From Takakia lepidozioides (taxonomy: Eukaryota > Plantae > Bryophyta): 64,000 nt of DNA. The notes below the pieces were generated by a model, which saw only the letters and a program-made list of their open reading frames with translations, was not told the origin of the DNA and made no database searches. Made by a program: the position numbers and the translations under genes. The DNA lies in contig CM060732.1 of NCBI GenBank assembly GCA_030704615.1, positions 61,194,001 through 61,258,000 of the forward strand. Direction: 5' to 3'. Each line of letters begins with the position of its first letter. Position 1 is the first letter of the stretch. Positions 34,188-46,811 of this stretch are shown one piece after another.

Positions 34188-35691
34188 TCTCTAGAGCCAT
34201 ATGGAACCCTAAGTTCACATATACATATGTAATACTTGTCACCCAGGGGCAGTAGCTGCTGGCGTCCAGAGTCCAGACTTCTCTCGGGAGCCTCCATCGA
34301 TGGGCACTGCATCTATACAGGCTCGTGGACTCAGTACGAACGATCCAGCTCTAGAGATACAAACAAGATCAACCGAGCTAGAGGATCAAAGAATTCCCCT
34401 ACTACAGAGATACTAGATCATGATCCTGCATGCATCTCTGATAAAATCGATGGCTGCACACGAGCAGCTAATGTGTGAATAGTTCAATTTCTAAAGCCAT
34501 TGTGCTTGGTTTCAGAAAATCTGGTAGAATATATATATAACTCTGTACATTTGTTTTTGATCTTGAAATGTAAGTACACTGTACAAAATCTGAGCACACA
34601 CTATTAATTATCCTGATCAATATTCTCGAGTCAATCGCACTTAAGATTTCGATTTAGGCCATGAATTCAAATATTCATGTACAAAGTCATATATTCCACT
34701 AATTAATGGAATTGCTCAAGAATTTCTCGTCAAGTCTTGCTAGCTAGTTATCCATTCGAGATCCACAGTCGCAGGTTTGATAATGCAAGTAGATAGTCCA
34801 CAGTAACGATAGCACTCAAGCATGGAATCTTCCATCAGTTCCACCCATCTCTTGAAAACCATTTCATGATAGTCAAGATTCCACCCCTTCGAACGACTCA
34901 GCTGTTTTATCTTCTACGTCAAGACGTACCTCTTGATTTTTCCGTCACATTGCACGGAACAGTTTCTCATTCAGAGCTAACTCTTCATTTTCAGCGCTTC
35001 GCACCCTTTCATGTTCTTCTACCCCTTCAAAACGACTCTTCATGAATAGTACTTACACTCTTTCTACCAAGTTCCAAATCCATTTTCTCTTCTCTTTGAA
35101 TCTTGTAAATCTGTATCCATAATTTCTCGATCAGCTCCTCAGCCTTACAGTTTACACTATATATATATATATATATATGTTTTTTTACCATTCCTTTCCC
35201 TGCATTCCGGATGCATGGTCGTCGTCCCCCTCTTTAGCATTTACAAATCATTTGGTTCGAACGAAATTGAGACGTAACAGACTTAAGACAAGTTTGACCG
35301 GAAACAATCAGCATCTGGCTGCATGGCCTGATCCTTCACCCTGGAAAGCGTTACTTAGGGCGTTACTTTGCGCTTGTATTCTAGCAGCTTCTCATCGTTT
35401 GAAATTTAGAACTTGTCGAGTCTATAATCTTGGAATTTGATTGCAGGTAATTGTGAGACTCACGGTGTCCTTGATGTATAACGTGTACATGACAGCGCGC
35501 TACAAGCTAATAACTTCAAAGCCTGTACTTCAGGATTAATTCCGTGTTTGAACATTGTTGTACATAAAGTTCTGTGTACTTACTCTACTGATGTGCTTGT
35601 AGGTACACACAAAGGGGGGTCCTACTTTCGCTTGATTGGTAGATCATTGAACTCGACGTATCAGCAGGTCTCTCGGACTATAATACTGAAG

Positions 35692-36282
35692 ATGGCAAAC
35701 AGGCCTTGTGGTAGTTGCCCCAGGGTACAAGGTTCGAGTGCAGACTCTACAGTAGTGGTCTTTCGTGAGTGTGAGAGGAAGGTCTGTGCACAACCGCCTG
35801 ACTGGAATAATCACCCAGAACTGAAAGTCATCAAACCCAGAGACAGGAAAGAGTTCAGAGAGATGAGACTAACTCAGTGGCTAGAAACACATTGCACAAG
35901 GCATCCCGGGGAATTCTTCGTGAATTACGCTAAGAGATGCGCAGCAGTGGCTGAAGTCGAGCTAAAGAACTCCAAAAAAGTCCACATCGCGGATGACTTC
36001 CCACACATCCTGGATAGGTTTGTTTTCCGTCTTTTCTATGGTTCAAGAATGAGGCAGCACATGCACGGTATCAACTTCAAGCTGGAGACAGAGGAACTTT
36101 TTTTACAGTTGTTGAGGGAAGAGTGTGCAGAACTGGAAAGAGCAGGCCTCCTTAGGTTCGATCCCAAACAGTTCAACTCCCCTTCCTCATCTCCATGGCC
36201 TGAAAGAGAAAATACGGAGATGTACGAGATCACAAAAATACCCCGTGATCTAGATACAATATTGCAGATGGACTCAAGGTGA
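35692..36282 (+). CDS. Uncharacterised 196-aa protein, paralogue of 60177-61116
   Basis: Clean ORF. Blocks PPDW, WLE, FPH.LDR.V.R and HG..F..ETEE...QLLREEC are shared with the second copy. Confidence 0.8.
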   Translation: MANRPCGSCPRVQGSSADSTVVVFRECERKVCAQPPDWNNHPELKVIKPRDRKEFREMRLTQWLETHCTRHPGEFFVNYAKRCAAVAEVELKNSKKVHIADDFPHILDRFVFRLFYGSRMRQHMHGINFKLETEELFLQLLREECAELERAGLLRFDPKQFNSPSSSPWPERENTEMYEITKIPRDLDTILQMDSR

Positions 36283-37642
36283 TGTTTTTTCCAAGGCAAT
36301 TCTTCAAGTAGGGTGCACGGTGCATGTGTTGCCACGCTAGTGAGCTGTTTGCATTCCACACGAGTACCGGTAAACAAGCATTTACGTGCAAGCTCCTCAT
36401 CTTCAACATGCTTCAAGTTGCAGTACATTCTACTCGTGACTGCAATCAGACGCCTGCGAGGAATTTCTCTGGAGGGAAAATAATTAATATAACTAGAAAC
36501 ATTGAAACTTGAAAAACTGAATTCCTTAACGGTACCTCATAATACACCATTTTGCACGATCTGATGTAGTGTTGGCGATTAAACAAGAGGACTCACGCTA
36601 TTATGCATCAAGAGCAAATAAATTATTAGCCAAGTGTCATCTAAAAATTCCACTCTTGAGTTGTGTTTTTCCAATCTTGTCCAGAGATAGAGACGAGATA
36701 CCAACCCTTCCCCGATTTGATCAACTGGAAGCACCTGCGCAAGTCCTCTCACACTCGGCCGACAGTGCTTGTCTTGTCTCTCGCTTTCTTGGGGTCTGGA
36801 AGGCTGTCCCCGAGCAGTGTGTGTGTTGGGTGCTTGCGGGTTGTGCCGGTGAAGGTGGTGGCACTGTGTGCATGCCTTCGTCCAGTCTCCACCTTCCCCA
36901 CACCACAGGAAGGTAGAAGCCCTTCAAGTTCAAGTGACACCATGCTTACTACGCTTCCTAGTGAAGACAATTGTTTTTTCAAAGGAAAAGGGGACAACGA
37001 CAACGCCCCCCCCTCCCCCTTGAACAAGTCACTAGGCTGTAAGTACGTATGAAACATGTGTAGGAAAAAAACTTAAAACTTTGGGGCATAAAGGCATGAA
37101 TAAGCTTAGTAAATAAGCCGGCGGCCTTTTTTAATTTTTCTTTTTTGGCAAAATCGCCAGATGAATTCTACCCAGCGCCCATGTGGCAATGATAATAATG
37201 AGGTGGCAGGGTTAGAAAATTGAGTATATAACAGGTGGCACATTTTAACGGGTCCATGATGGCAAAATCAGTTTCCCGATATTCAACTACTTGCGCTTTT
37301 GGGCGAATATTTTGGTTTTTACTCCCAAAATTCCTTTGTACAAGTAGGTGACCCGTTTTCCAGGTCGAAAATATGGCGATTTTTTTTTTATATTTTTTTT
37401 GCTAGAGATGAAAACACTGACTCCGGTGATGGTTCTGAGTAAGGCTAGATTTTTTATTTTCACCACATACAAATTCTTATAGGAGTGACCCATCCTGACC
37501 AGGTTGTAGGCACAATGTGAAGTGGCTCTTATGCTAGCTACTGTAGGTGGAGTCTTTAAAGCATCCTTTGTGAAAACGACGCGCTCCACTCAGGGGGCTC
37601 AAGAGAAGAAAGTAGCGAGTACCGAAGCTTGCGCTATCTTAC

Positions 37643-37860
37643 AAATGAAACAAAGACGGCTGCCATAAGAGGAATATAATGGAAATGTGCAATCGCATAA
37701 CAAGCATCATGTAGAGCAATGTCTAGCCCGGAATTGGCCAATATTATTCCAATAAGAGTAGAGTAAGTGCCCTTACTTGCGTGGGTTGAAATCCGTTTTC
37801 CACCTCTCACTTTCAGTGCTGTAAAGGTACATGACAATTTTCCATCACACGGCTTGCATG
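37643..37860 (-). pseudogene. cox1: NUMT: 3' end of a mitochondrial group II intron plus a cox1 exon fragment
   Basis: [21 protein letters not shown] at 37643-37751. Intron domain V-like AGCCGTGTGATGGAAAATTGTCATGTAC at ~37827-37855. Confidence 0.88.
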
Positions 37861-39845
37861 CACATCGAATTCCACACGGTGGTAATGCACACGGAACTTT
37901 GAAGTTACGTGTTGGAGAGGGAGTTTAGACTATGGCTGTGACTCAATGCTGCCTCCTAGTGCCAGCTGTGATAGTGACTAGTGGCCTGCACTAACCTTGT
38001 TGTCATATGACATATTTTTCGCGCTTGGAAGAAATAGCATTTTTGAGGTATTGGCATTTTTTTTTTTTTTTTGGCCATGCCTTCAGGACTACGCAAAGGG
38101 TTCAGCCCTTCTTTTTTCTTTTTTCTTCGATTTGCTCTTCCAATTCGATCGAGACAGTCGCCACCAGAATATTCTGTCCATATTTCTAATGAATGACATC
38201 CCCTGGATGAATAGTTTCATGGTCTTTAGGTCTGGAGTTCAACTTCTTGTGTATGCTTATGAGGATACTACCCTGTGTGCCACCTGAGTGATTCAGGGCT
38301 CAAATCCTGTTACCGCGATATTTATTAATAAACGGTGTGTTATCTATTCATAATTACTAAAGGGCAGGGCTTGCATGAATTGCATGCATTTGTTTTGGTA
38401 ACAATACGTAAATTCGAATTTTTTCATTACATTTTTTACTGTAGCAGTTTTACTAGTGAGCACTCTTCAATTAATTGGATAGGCCTTCAGTCGAATATTC
38501 ATTCTACATACAGCCCCTTGACTACAGAAAAGTAGAATGAATGAATGCAGTCGATCGATATACATTCATTAAGAATCCATCCACGATGGATATACTTGTC
38601 CATGTCATCGAGTAGATCATCCACGCTGTCGTCGTGGGTGAATGGAAGATGGCGGCTCAAGGATTGATGGAGCCTGCCTTGGCAATCGGGGGACGCAATT
38701 CGATTATGAGAGATAGAGAGATGAGCCATGTCTCTAGATTTGGAGAAGCTGAAATATGATTTGTTGTTGCTCATCCATATGGTTTGATCGTGTGCAAGCG
38801 GTGGAAGAAAATAAAAAAGGTACTCTGCGATCTCACTGTCTCGATTCAGAATGCTGGCCGCGAGCAACAGCATTTGCCCATTTAGGGCGAGAAGTATAAT
38901 TCCTTTCCAGAATTCATAACGAGATTGTACTTATGCAGATGCCTTTCCTTGTGACCATCAACCTAGCATAATCTATCCCCTTGGAGTCGGGTGAAAATGT
39001 GCGCATAGAACTGCCATAACTCTCGCCTATAGATAACGATTCCCATTTACGAGATTGGACTCCACTCTAGCTGGTCGCAAACTCCAATGCAGCCTTGACA
39101 TTCACAGAGATCCTCCTTTCTGTTTGCTTAAAAATCTAGAATGACATGGGAGGTGGGTTTGAATATTACGGATTGCTTCATATGCGTGATTTAGTCCAAA
39201 ATCTTCTAAATGACTTCAATTGCGTCTTAGACTGCTTTCATGTGGCATGCTCATGTGCATCCCTTTCAATATGGGGGTTTTGGGATCCGAAGGCTTTTGT
39301 TCCATTTCCATTCGCAAGTAGAGATATCACCGGTTGGTTGGAGTGGTCTGTCACTACCCAAACTCGAAATGAATACACGTACTAATAGTTTTTCAGGAAC
39401 CCAATTCGTCACTCTCTGTCACTTTTGGGTTTGTGACCAGCTGGCATAAAGCTAGTTCTCTTGTTTGGGAGTGGCTGTTACAGGGCTTTAGAAGTTCCAC
39501 ACTCATATGGTCACCGGATTTGCCTGGGTCTCAAGAGTACCGCATCCGTTGTGATAGCAATTCATTTCAGATAAGCATGTTTCCATGCATCAGCTGATTC
39601 AGAGAAGCTAGTGTCCATTTTATCCATCAAGTCTGGTCTGACAATCAATGTGTTTTGGCGGATAAGGGCATTCAACCTGTGGCGTTGTCTTTTTGTGTAT
39701 GGGCTGCAGGGTGTCTTACCTACCGACAACATTATCTTGCCACTAATACTGGAGCAGCCACATACTTCTCTTACTAGATTCCTACACTGTTCGTGTCATT
39801 CTCTTCTCCTCCATGACAAGCTAAGATTTAACTGGTGGATGCTCC

Positions 39846-42800
39846 ATGGCCCGAGTACTTGGTAAACGGGGTACTACCTACTGGTCTTACATTCTTTGGG
39901 AAGAAGTGACAGCATATCCAAGAACTTCTCCTCTCAAAGCAAGTGCACATTCTGCTGCAGCAGGTCCAGTCAATGTATCAAGCACAAGCAACTCTGGCGC
40001 TGAGAAGTTTGGGGGTTTGCCTAGAGAGAGTGAATCCCATTGTTTCAGAGATTATTTCGATTTCACAAGAGAGAGGGGGATTTTCTCGAGGGTTGAATTG
40101 GGAGGGAATAGGTCTAGGGGAGATGTATTTTCTGTGGTGTGTAACAAATGTTGGGGCTCCATGGACATTCATACACACATGTACATACAGCAGTCAGGCC
40201 TTCAATATCGAGTATGCCTGGAGCAGGAAGCGATCTTGAGAATGAATCAAGGACTGGGGGGGCGACTCCAAAATTCTTACAGGGAATCAAGTGACTTTCC
40301 AGGCAGGGGGCCTTTTGGGAAAGGAAAAGATGTATCAGGTGTTGCATTTCCAAGACAGGGTGTTGATATTGGCCCCTTCATGAGGAGGGGAAGGGGTTTT
40401 ATGGGGAGACGAGACTGCAGTTGTGGTCCCTTTATTTCAGGTGGCTGGAGGGGGTTTATGAGTTTGGATCAGGGTTTAAATGTACTGAAAGACAGTGTTG
40501 ATATCAAGGATGAGAGCTTCATGGCAAATTGCAAGGCTATGGAGGAGCTTCTGGTTGACCTTAGGCAGCAAGTTGAGAAGGTACCTCCTCTGTTGTGAGA
40601 GAGAGGACAGAGCACATGCCTCCATCTTCAAAGCCTTGCAAGTGGCTTTGGCTAATGTGATGTTCATATGCTCGCAAATCTGGTGAGATGTGGCTGTTTG
40701 TTTTTGTGAAGAGGGCCTATAAACTAGAACAGAACGAGAAAGAGAGAGGAACTTTATAACATCCACAGAGAGGTAGAATGCATGGTGGATTATGACAGTC
40801 AAAATAACATCCTCGGAAAGCTCAAAGAGCTTATGGGACAAGAGAAAGAAAGAAACAAGACAGAGAGAGGGCCCCCCCTTGAGCAGCCCAAAAGCAACTT
40901 TTGCTCAAGGGATTGTCTAAGAGTCAACGCCTCATGCAGGTAATCTGCCAAGCATTTCTGATCCTCGTAATGGCACACCTCCATGAGTGATTGGGTATCA
41001 TGGAATAGGCAATTGAATCTCCGCTGGATCTCATAGTAGAAAGGGCAGTGAAAGAAAAAATGTTCTTCACTTTTAATTTCCCTTGTTCCCAGCAAAATCA
41101 GGGCATAGGCGGTCCTCAAGTTGGTTGTCCGACCTACCAGTCTCTATCTGCAGACTGTGGGAGCCCACCCTGAACCTCCCCAATGCCCTTAGAAGAGAGG
41201 GAGATAGAGCTGCAGACACGTAATTGGCTGCAAGATTCTACCGTCACGGAGGACCAAGAATGTCTCCCGATAGAACTGCAGTCTGATTCTAGGATGGGCT
41301 GGTTTCCATATCTGCCTCACGTGAAGTTCCATAAGTTCTTGTCTCATGCATCTATGGTGCTCCTGCTTTGTGCTAGAAAAGAAAACCTTATGATGTCCAC
41401 AGATGGCCACAAGTGCCCATGAGACAGGGTAGACCAAGAACAACAGAGATATGACAACTTTCTCCCTGGTGCAAGGGAGCCAGAGATAGAAGAACTGGAG
41501 GCAGGCAGAAAGTGAATACAGCCAGAAGCAAATCAGGTGGAGCAAGAGAGAAACAGTGATAGAAAGGCCAGGGAAAGAGACAGAAAAGTGAAAGAATGCC
41601 TCTGTTATCATAATCTACATAACTTATTTTTGAAGTGATCAGGTGCGGCTTGGAGGGGGAGCAAAGGCAGTAGAGAGGCACATGAAGAGAAACAAGCATT
41701 TACCACGTGAGCGGATAGACTACCTCCTTGATCCTGCATCTCCCTTCCTGGAGCTTTCACAGGTACACTTCTCTTCATGGGTCCCACTTCTTCTGTCTAT
41801 CTTGCCACTTCCTAAAACACAATTTTATTCTAACCCCATTATGGAGGTAGCTTGCAGGGCACGAACTGTATGATGAGCCGTTGCCATCAGGAGGCATTGT
41901 GACTGGGATAGGCCCAATTCATGGTCGACTCTGCATGCTGGTGGCAAATGACCCCACAGTGAAAGGAGGGACATACTATCCAATCACTGTTAAAAAACAC
42001 TTGCGGGCCCAGGAAATTGCAGCCCAATGCAACCTGCCCTGTGTGTACCTTGTTGACAGTGGGGGCGCTAATCTTCCTAAACAGGCCGAGGTGTTCCCTG
42101 ACCGGGATCATTTTGGGCGGATATTCTACAACCAGGCTAAGATGTCAGAAGCAGGAATTCCCCAGATAGCCTTGGTGTTGGGTTCTTGTACAGCTGGGGG
42201 AGCCTATGTTCCGGCCATGGCTGATGAGAGTGTGATTGTGAAAGGAAATGGAACAATCTTTCTTGCAGGGCCACCCCTTGTGAAGGTATGTGATCTGAAA
42301 TGCTTCTTTGGTGCATTTGTAGAGGTATCAGAGGATAGAATGTACTCATAAGATGTTATTTGCTGTAGCCTTGTGGCCATAGACCCCGTGCCCAGTTTGG
42401 GCGGAACAGAGGGTATCGGAGGATAGAGAAGGGAAGAATGGAGAGAGGCAGATCAGAATAGATGCCATTTGTGTTCTATTATGACCATAGATCCAGGTCT
42501 TTGGAAGGAGCAGAATGGGGAGGAAAAGAGTATGTTGGGGCAATGAGGCATTAGTGAGAGGAGGAAGCAATGGGGAGGGTTGATGAGATCTTTTCTGGTT
42601 GAGAGGGGTTCTTTACAGGAGAACATGATGGAACATGGAGGCCTATTTGGAGCTGAAAGAGTTTACAAGCCAGGCCAGTCAAGGGTCAAGATTAAAGCAT
42701 ATGAGTTGCTAGTCTGGGATGACCTGGAAGGCGGTGATAAGATTGTTGATGGAGAAAGTCAGCTTGTGGGGTCCCTTAGGATGATGCATAGTTGCTAACT

Positions 42801-45597
42801 GGGAATGTGTGGAACAGGCAGCAACAGGAGAAGAGGTTAGTGCTGAGGACCTGGGAGGTGCTGCTCTGCATTGTAAGGTGTCTGGTGTCTCAGATTACTT
42901 CGCCACAGGTGATCATCTCTCCTTGTGTTTATCTCTCTCACACACACACTGTATCACTGATTTGCTATCAGCTGCGGGTAAGCATGCTGATAGTTTGGTG
43001 CAATTCCATGACTGGCTCTTGGAGTGCTTGCATCAACTATTTTCTCAGGGGTACATCATTGCGAACAGTCAGAGGGAATGGTCAATAAGTAGGTCTCTGC
43101 CTGTACTGGCTCCAGGAGGTCTAATGTCGTAAAGTTATGCGTGTTAGGCTATGCCAGGAAAAATTCCTGTGGGATCGATCAAACATCTGCCCCTTCTCCT
43201 TTTATCTGGCATTTTATACCATCTCTTGACTACAGTGCTTTTTGACAGATGAATTACATGCCCTGGCTATTGGAAGAAGAATAGTGCAGAATCTGCACCT
43301 TGCCGGCATAACCAATAAAGCCCCTGAGGGTTTAAGCAAGACAACCAAAGAAATCAGAGAACCACTCTACAGTCCAGAGGAGCTTCGAGGCGTTGTCCCA
43401 GCGGATAGCCGGCAGTCATACGACATTCGTTCTGTAATTGCCCGCATCGTTGATGGAAGTGAATTTGACGAATTTAAGAAACTCTATGGCACTGTAAGTT
43501 TATCCCTTTCTAGTAATACGGGGTGGGAAGGATAACAGAAGTACATCCAGTAGCTAAGGAAGACATGGTTTCAAATAAGTGTAGTCACTGATACCTCTCT
43601 GTTGATGCTTGCGTATGCATTCTGGCAGACTCTGGTTACAGGTTTTGCAAGTATAATGGGGCAGCCAGTTGGCATTGTGGGCAACAACGGCATCCTCTTC
43701 ACTGAATCAGCTTTGAAGGGAGCTCATTTCATACAGCTTTGTGCGCAGCGCCATATACCTCTTATATTCCTTCAGAATATCACGGGTTTCATGGTCTCTC
43801 TTACCTGTATACTTGTTTCTTCTTCACCTTTCTGCATATTCATAAGGTTGTGCAGACACATAAATATGTTGGTATGGAGGGAAAGAGATGGGAAGGTTTG
43901 TGTTATGTTTTTCCTGAGTTTTCTTCGGTCTCACGGGATTTCTTACTCTATCTTGGCAGGTTTTTCTCTCAGTTGCTTGCATAAAGCTCATCTGCTGAGA
44001 GACACAGGAAATAGATGTGCAGTGGTGGGGAATTCCTCGAGACTAATTTAATCAAGAGAACTATGCTTTGTCTTGCACATATATCTGATGAGCAATATAG
44101 TAAAGCAGGCAATGTTTCCATCAGTCTGACCACCTTCTATGCGCATCATGGGATGCAGGTGGGGTCCAGATCTGAAGCCAGTGGCATCGCTAAGGCAGGT
44201 GCCAAAATGGTCATGGCGGTCGCTTGTGCAAAGGTTTTCTTCTCCTCTCTCCCTCTCCCCAGCTCAGTATAGTGGTTTTTTATGTGATTCTTTCTTGGCC
44301 AGTATCAGAGAGGCTTTTGCACTAAATTTTGCAGCAACTTGATCTATGGCAAAAAGCTTTCAAGGTTAGAACCGTGTCAGTTGCGTTCCGCCCCCCCGCC
44401 CCTTTGACAGGCACCCTTTTTCCCCTCTTCTGCTGCATCCAGAGCAAGGGGGAGTTTTGGCTACGAGACTGTTCCTCTCTATGTCTCTCCCTCCCTCTCT
44501 CATGTCTCTCATGCAGCAATTGTTGTGCTAAAGGTGGTGCTCCTCATGTTGGTTTGATGGACAGGTCCCAAAAATTACAGTAGTCGTGGGAGGAAGCTAT
44601 GGAGCTGGCAATTATGGAATGTGTGGGAGAGCCTATAGCCCCAACTTTCTCTTCATGTGGCCAAATTCTCGCATCTCTGTCATGGGCGGTGCTCAGGTTT
44701 TCCTTTTTCATGTGCATCAGCTTGATTGCAATCACATAGGGGAACTGGCTTGCACTATTACTGAGGGTTATTGTGTGTGTCATTGATGAGAGTCAGCAAC
44801 TCGTATTGGTGTGAGCCACCAGAATTCTGCCCGGAAGTGTAAATTCTTGCGCAGTTGCAGTCATGAGATAAGCCAGAAGGGTAAGAGGTAGGTTTGTTGA
44901 TGTCAGTAACCTGGTGCATTGTATTTGTACTCCACTCCAGGAAGTTGATTCTGCCCACTTTGCTATTTGGTGATGTTTGACTTTTAGTAGACATGACCCA
45001 TAAGCCAATGGTTTTGTTTGGTGTGGCGCAGGCAGCAGGGGTTCTTGCACAGGTTGAGAGAGACAAGCACACCCGCGATGGCATCCCGGTTGGTTCAAAT
45101 TCACTCACGCTTTTTGACTTTTTGTTGTGTTACATTGTCTAGTGTACGTAGAAGCTCTTTGAGTTGGAACATGAAGCTCCTTTCTTTATTTCTCTCTCCC
45201 CTGTTGTGCTTGGTCCAAGGAAGCAGGTCTGTGACCACAAGGCTAGACAATAAGTACATTCTAACTAGCTGGTTAAACTAAATTGAACTAGTTATTTGCT
45301 TTATTGTTTTTATGCATTGAATGTTTTTCTGAGATGATAAACCAGGAGGGTGAAATGCTGATATCCATTTGACCTGGGTGGTTGGTAATACAGTGGGGCA
45401 ATGAGGTTGAAGACAAGTTCAAAGCCGAGGTTATGAAACACTATGATCAAGAGGGTCACCCCTACTATGCAAGTGGTCGGCTATGGGACGATGGCATTAT
45501 AGATCCCGCAGATACCCGGAAAATTTTGGCCCTCTGCCTTTCAGCCTCTTCACACACTGCCCCCCAAGTATCCAGTTACGGGGTTTTTCGCATGTGA
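39846..45597 (+). CDS. MCCB: 3-methylcrotonyl-CoA carboxylase beta chain, mitochondrial (multi-exon)
   Basis: [86 protein letters not shown] and [20 protein letters not shown]. Confidence 0.97.
40815..41600 (-). mobile_element. LINE 3' fragment (RTE-X-like C-terminal Zn knuckle) in an MCCB intron
   Basis: [13 protein letters not shown]...R.CP...[14 protein letters not shown], frameshifted. Confidence 0.7.
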
Positions 45598-46562
45598 TGA
45601 CATGTTGTGAGAGACTTAGTTCATTCCAAGGCTATCTCAAAGGATCATTCTTGTATTAAAATGCTCACTCACCCTCCCTCTTCACCTCTTGTGCCCGTGT
45701 CCTTTACTGATATTTGTAACCAGGCTGTGGCAAGAACTGGAGTCTGTGGGTACAGTCTAGTTTCTCTTTGTGTGTCTAGTTTCTCTTTCACTTCGACTTG
45801 TTCCAATCTCTTGGACTACAGAGCTTGTAATCATGACCATCATCATCTTGGGCATCCATCCACTCAACTGCAAAAGACTCTTTTGGACCTCCAGGTCAGA
45901 GATTAGTCTCAAGCGCCTTGTGCGCACATCTCAAGTTGCCAATCCCTCTCCCCAACACGCAAGCCTCACTGAAGTTGTAACTATACTCCTGCTGTCGAGC
46001 CTCTGTTGAGAAGCACCCATGATTATAGGCATAAACAAAGAATGCCAGTCCTAGCACTGCTTGTGTCATCCCCACGAACAGACAAAGAGAACAGACTGTT
46101 ATCGCAAATCTTGGGAAAGAACGCCCACAAACTTTGTACAGTTACCTCATGTCAGTTTGTAAATAAAAGCTTTGCAGGGTTTCATCAACAAACTCAAGTT
46201 GAGTTCATTTCAGGAATATGAAGTTCCAGTGCTATAATATCTAAAGTTTTGTACGAAAATTCTATCTTGTTTTCCGGAATGCAGGGGTTCAGTGGGAGAT
46301 CAATGCCAAATTGGGTGGCTGCCGAATGCATTTATCTCATTTTGTAGCGTTCGAATGTCCGATCTGCTCTTTGATGAATGAATAAGGAGAAAATTTGTAC
46401 ATAGAAAGTGACCGGAATTATCTGTGGTGGGGCCAAACAGTGAGACAGCACTGCGGCAATCAACCGTAACTTATACAACCTCCATTACCTACGATCGGGA
46501 GAAAGTGAGAGAAAGAAAGAAATTGCCTGTGTGTATGTGTGTGGCAAACAGGTTCGCGAGGA

Positions 46563-46811
46563 ATGGAAGGGGCGATAGACGAAGATCGGGGGGTGGAAAT
46601 GCAGGAGAAAGAGCTGGAGGGGCAAGTTCTGTTGAGGAGAAGCAAAGGAGATTCGAAGGTCAGAGCATCTTATCGCGCAGAGATGGGAAAGCAGCGCGCC
46701 ATACTACTGGCTGTCATGATCATACCTGTGATCATAATGATCACACTGTGGTTTGTCTATGACTCAAATTCTCGTGTGGGCAGCCACAGTCGATCTGTGC
46801 CAACTCCTTGA
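46563..46811 (+). CDS. Putative small single-pass membrane protein (82 aa)
   Basis: Charged N-terminus followed by hydrophobic AILLAVMIIPVIIMITLWFVY. No homology recognised. Confidence 0.5.
   Translation: MEGAIDEDRGVEMQEKELEGQVLLRRSKGDSKVRASYRAEMGKQRAILLAVMIIPVIIMITLWFVYDSNSRVGSHSRSVPTP

Noticed and set aside
38499-38873. 124-aa minus-strand ORF as a gene
   Set aside because: It has no recognisable motif or splice context, and this length is attainable by chance.
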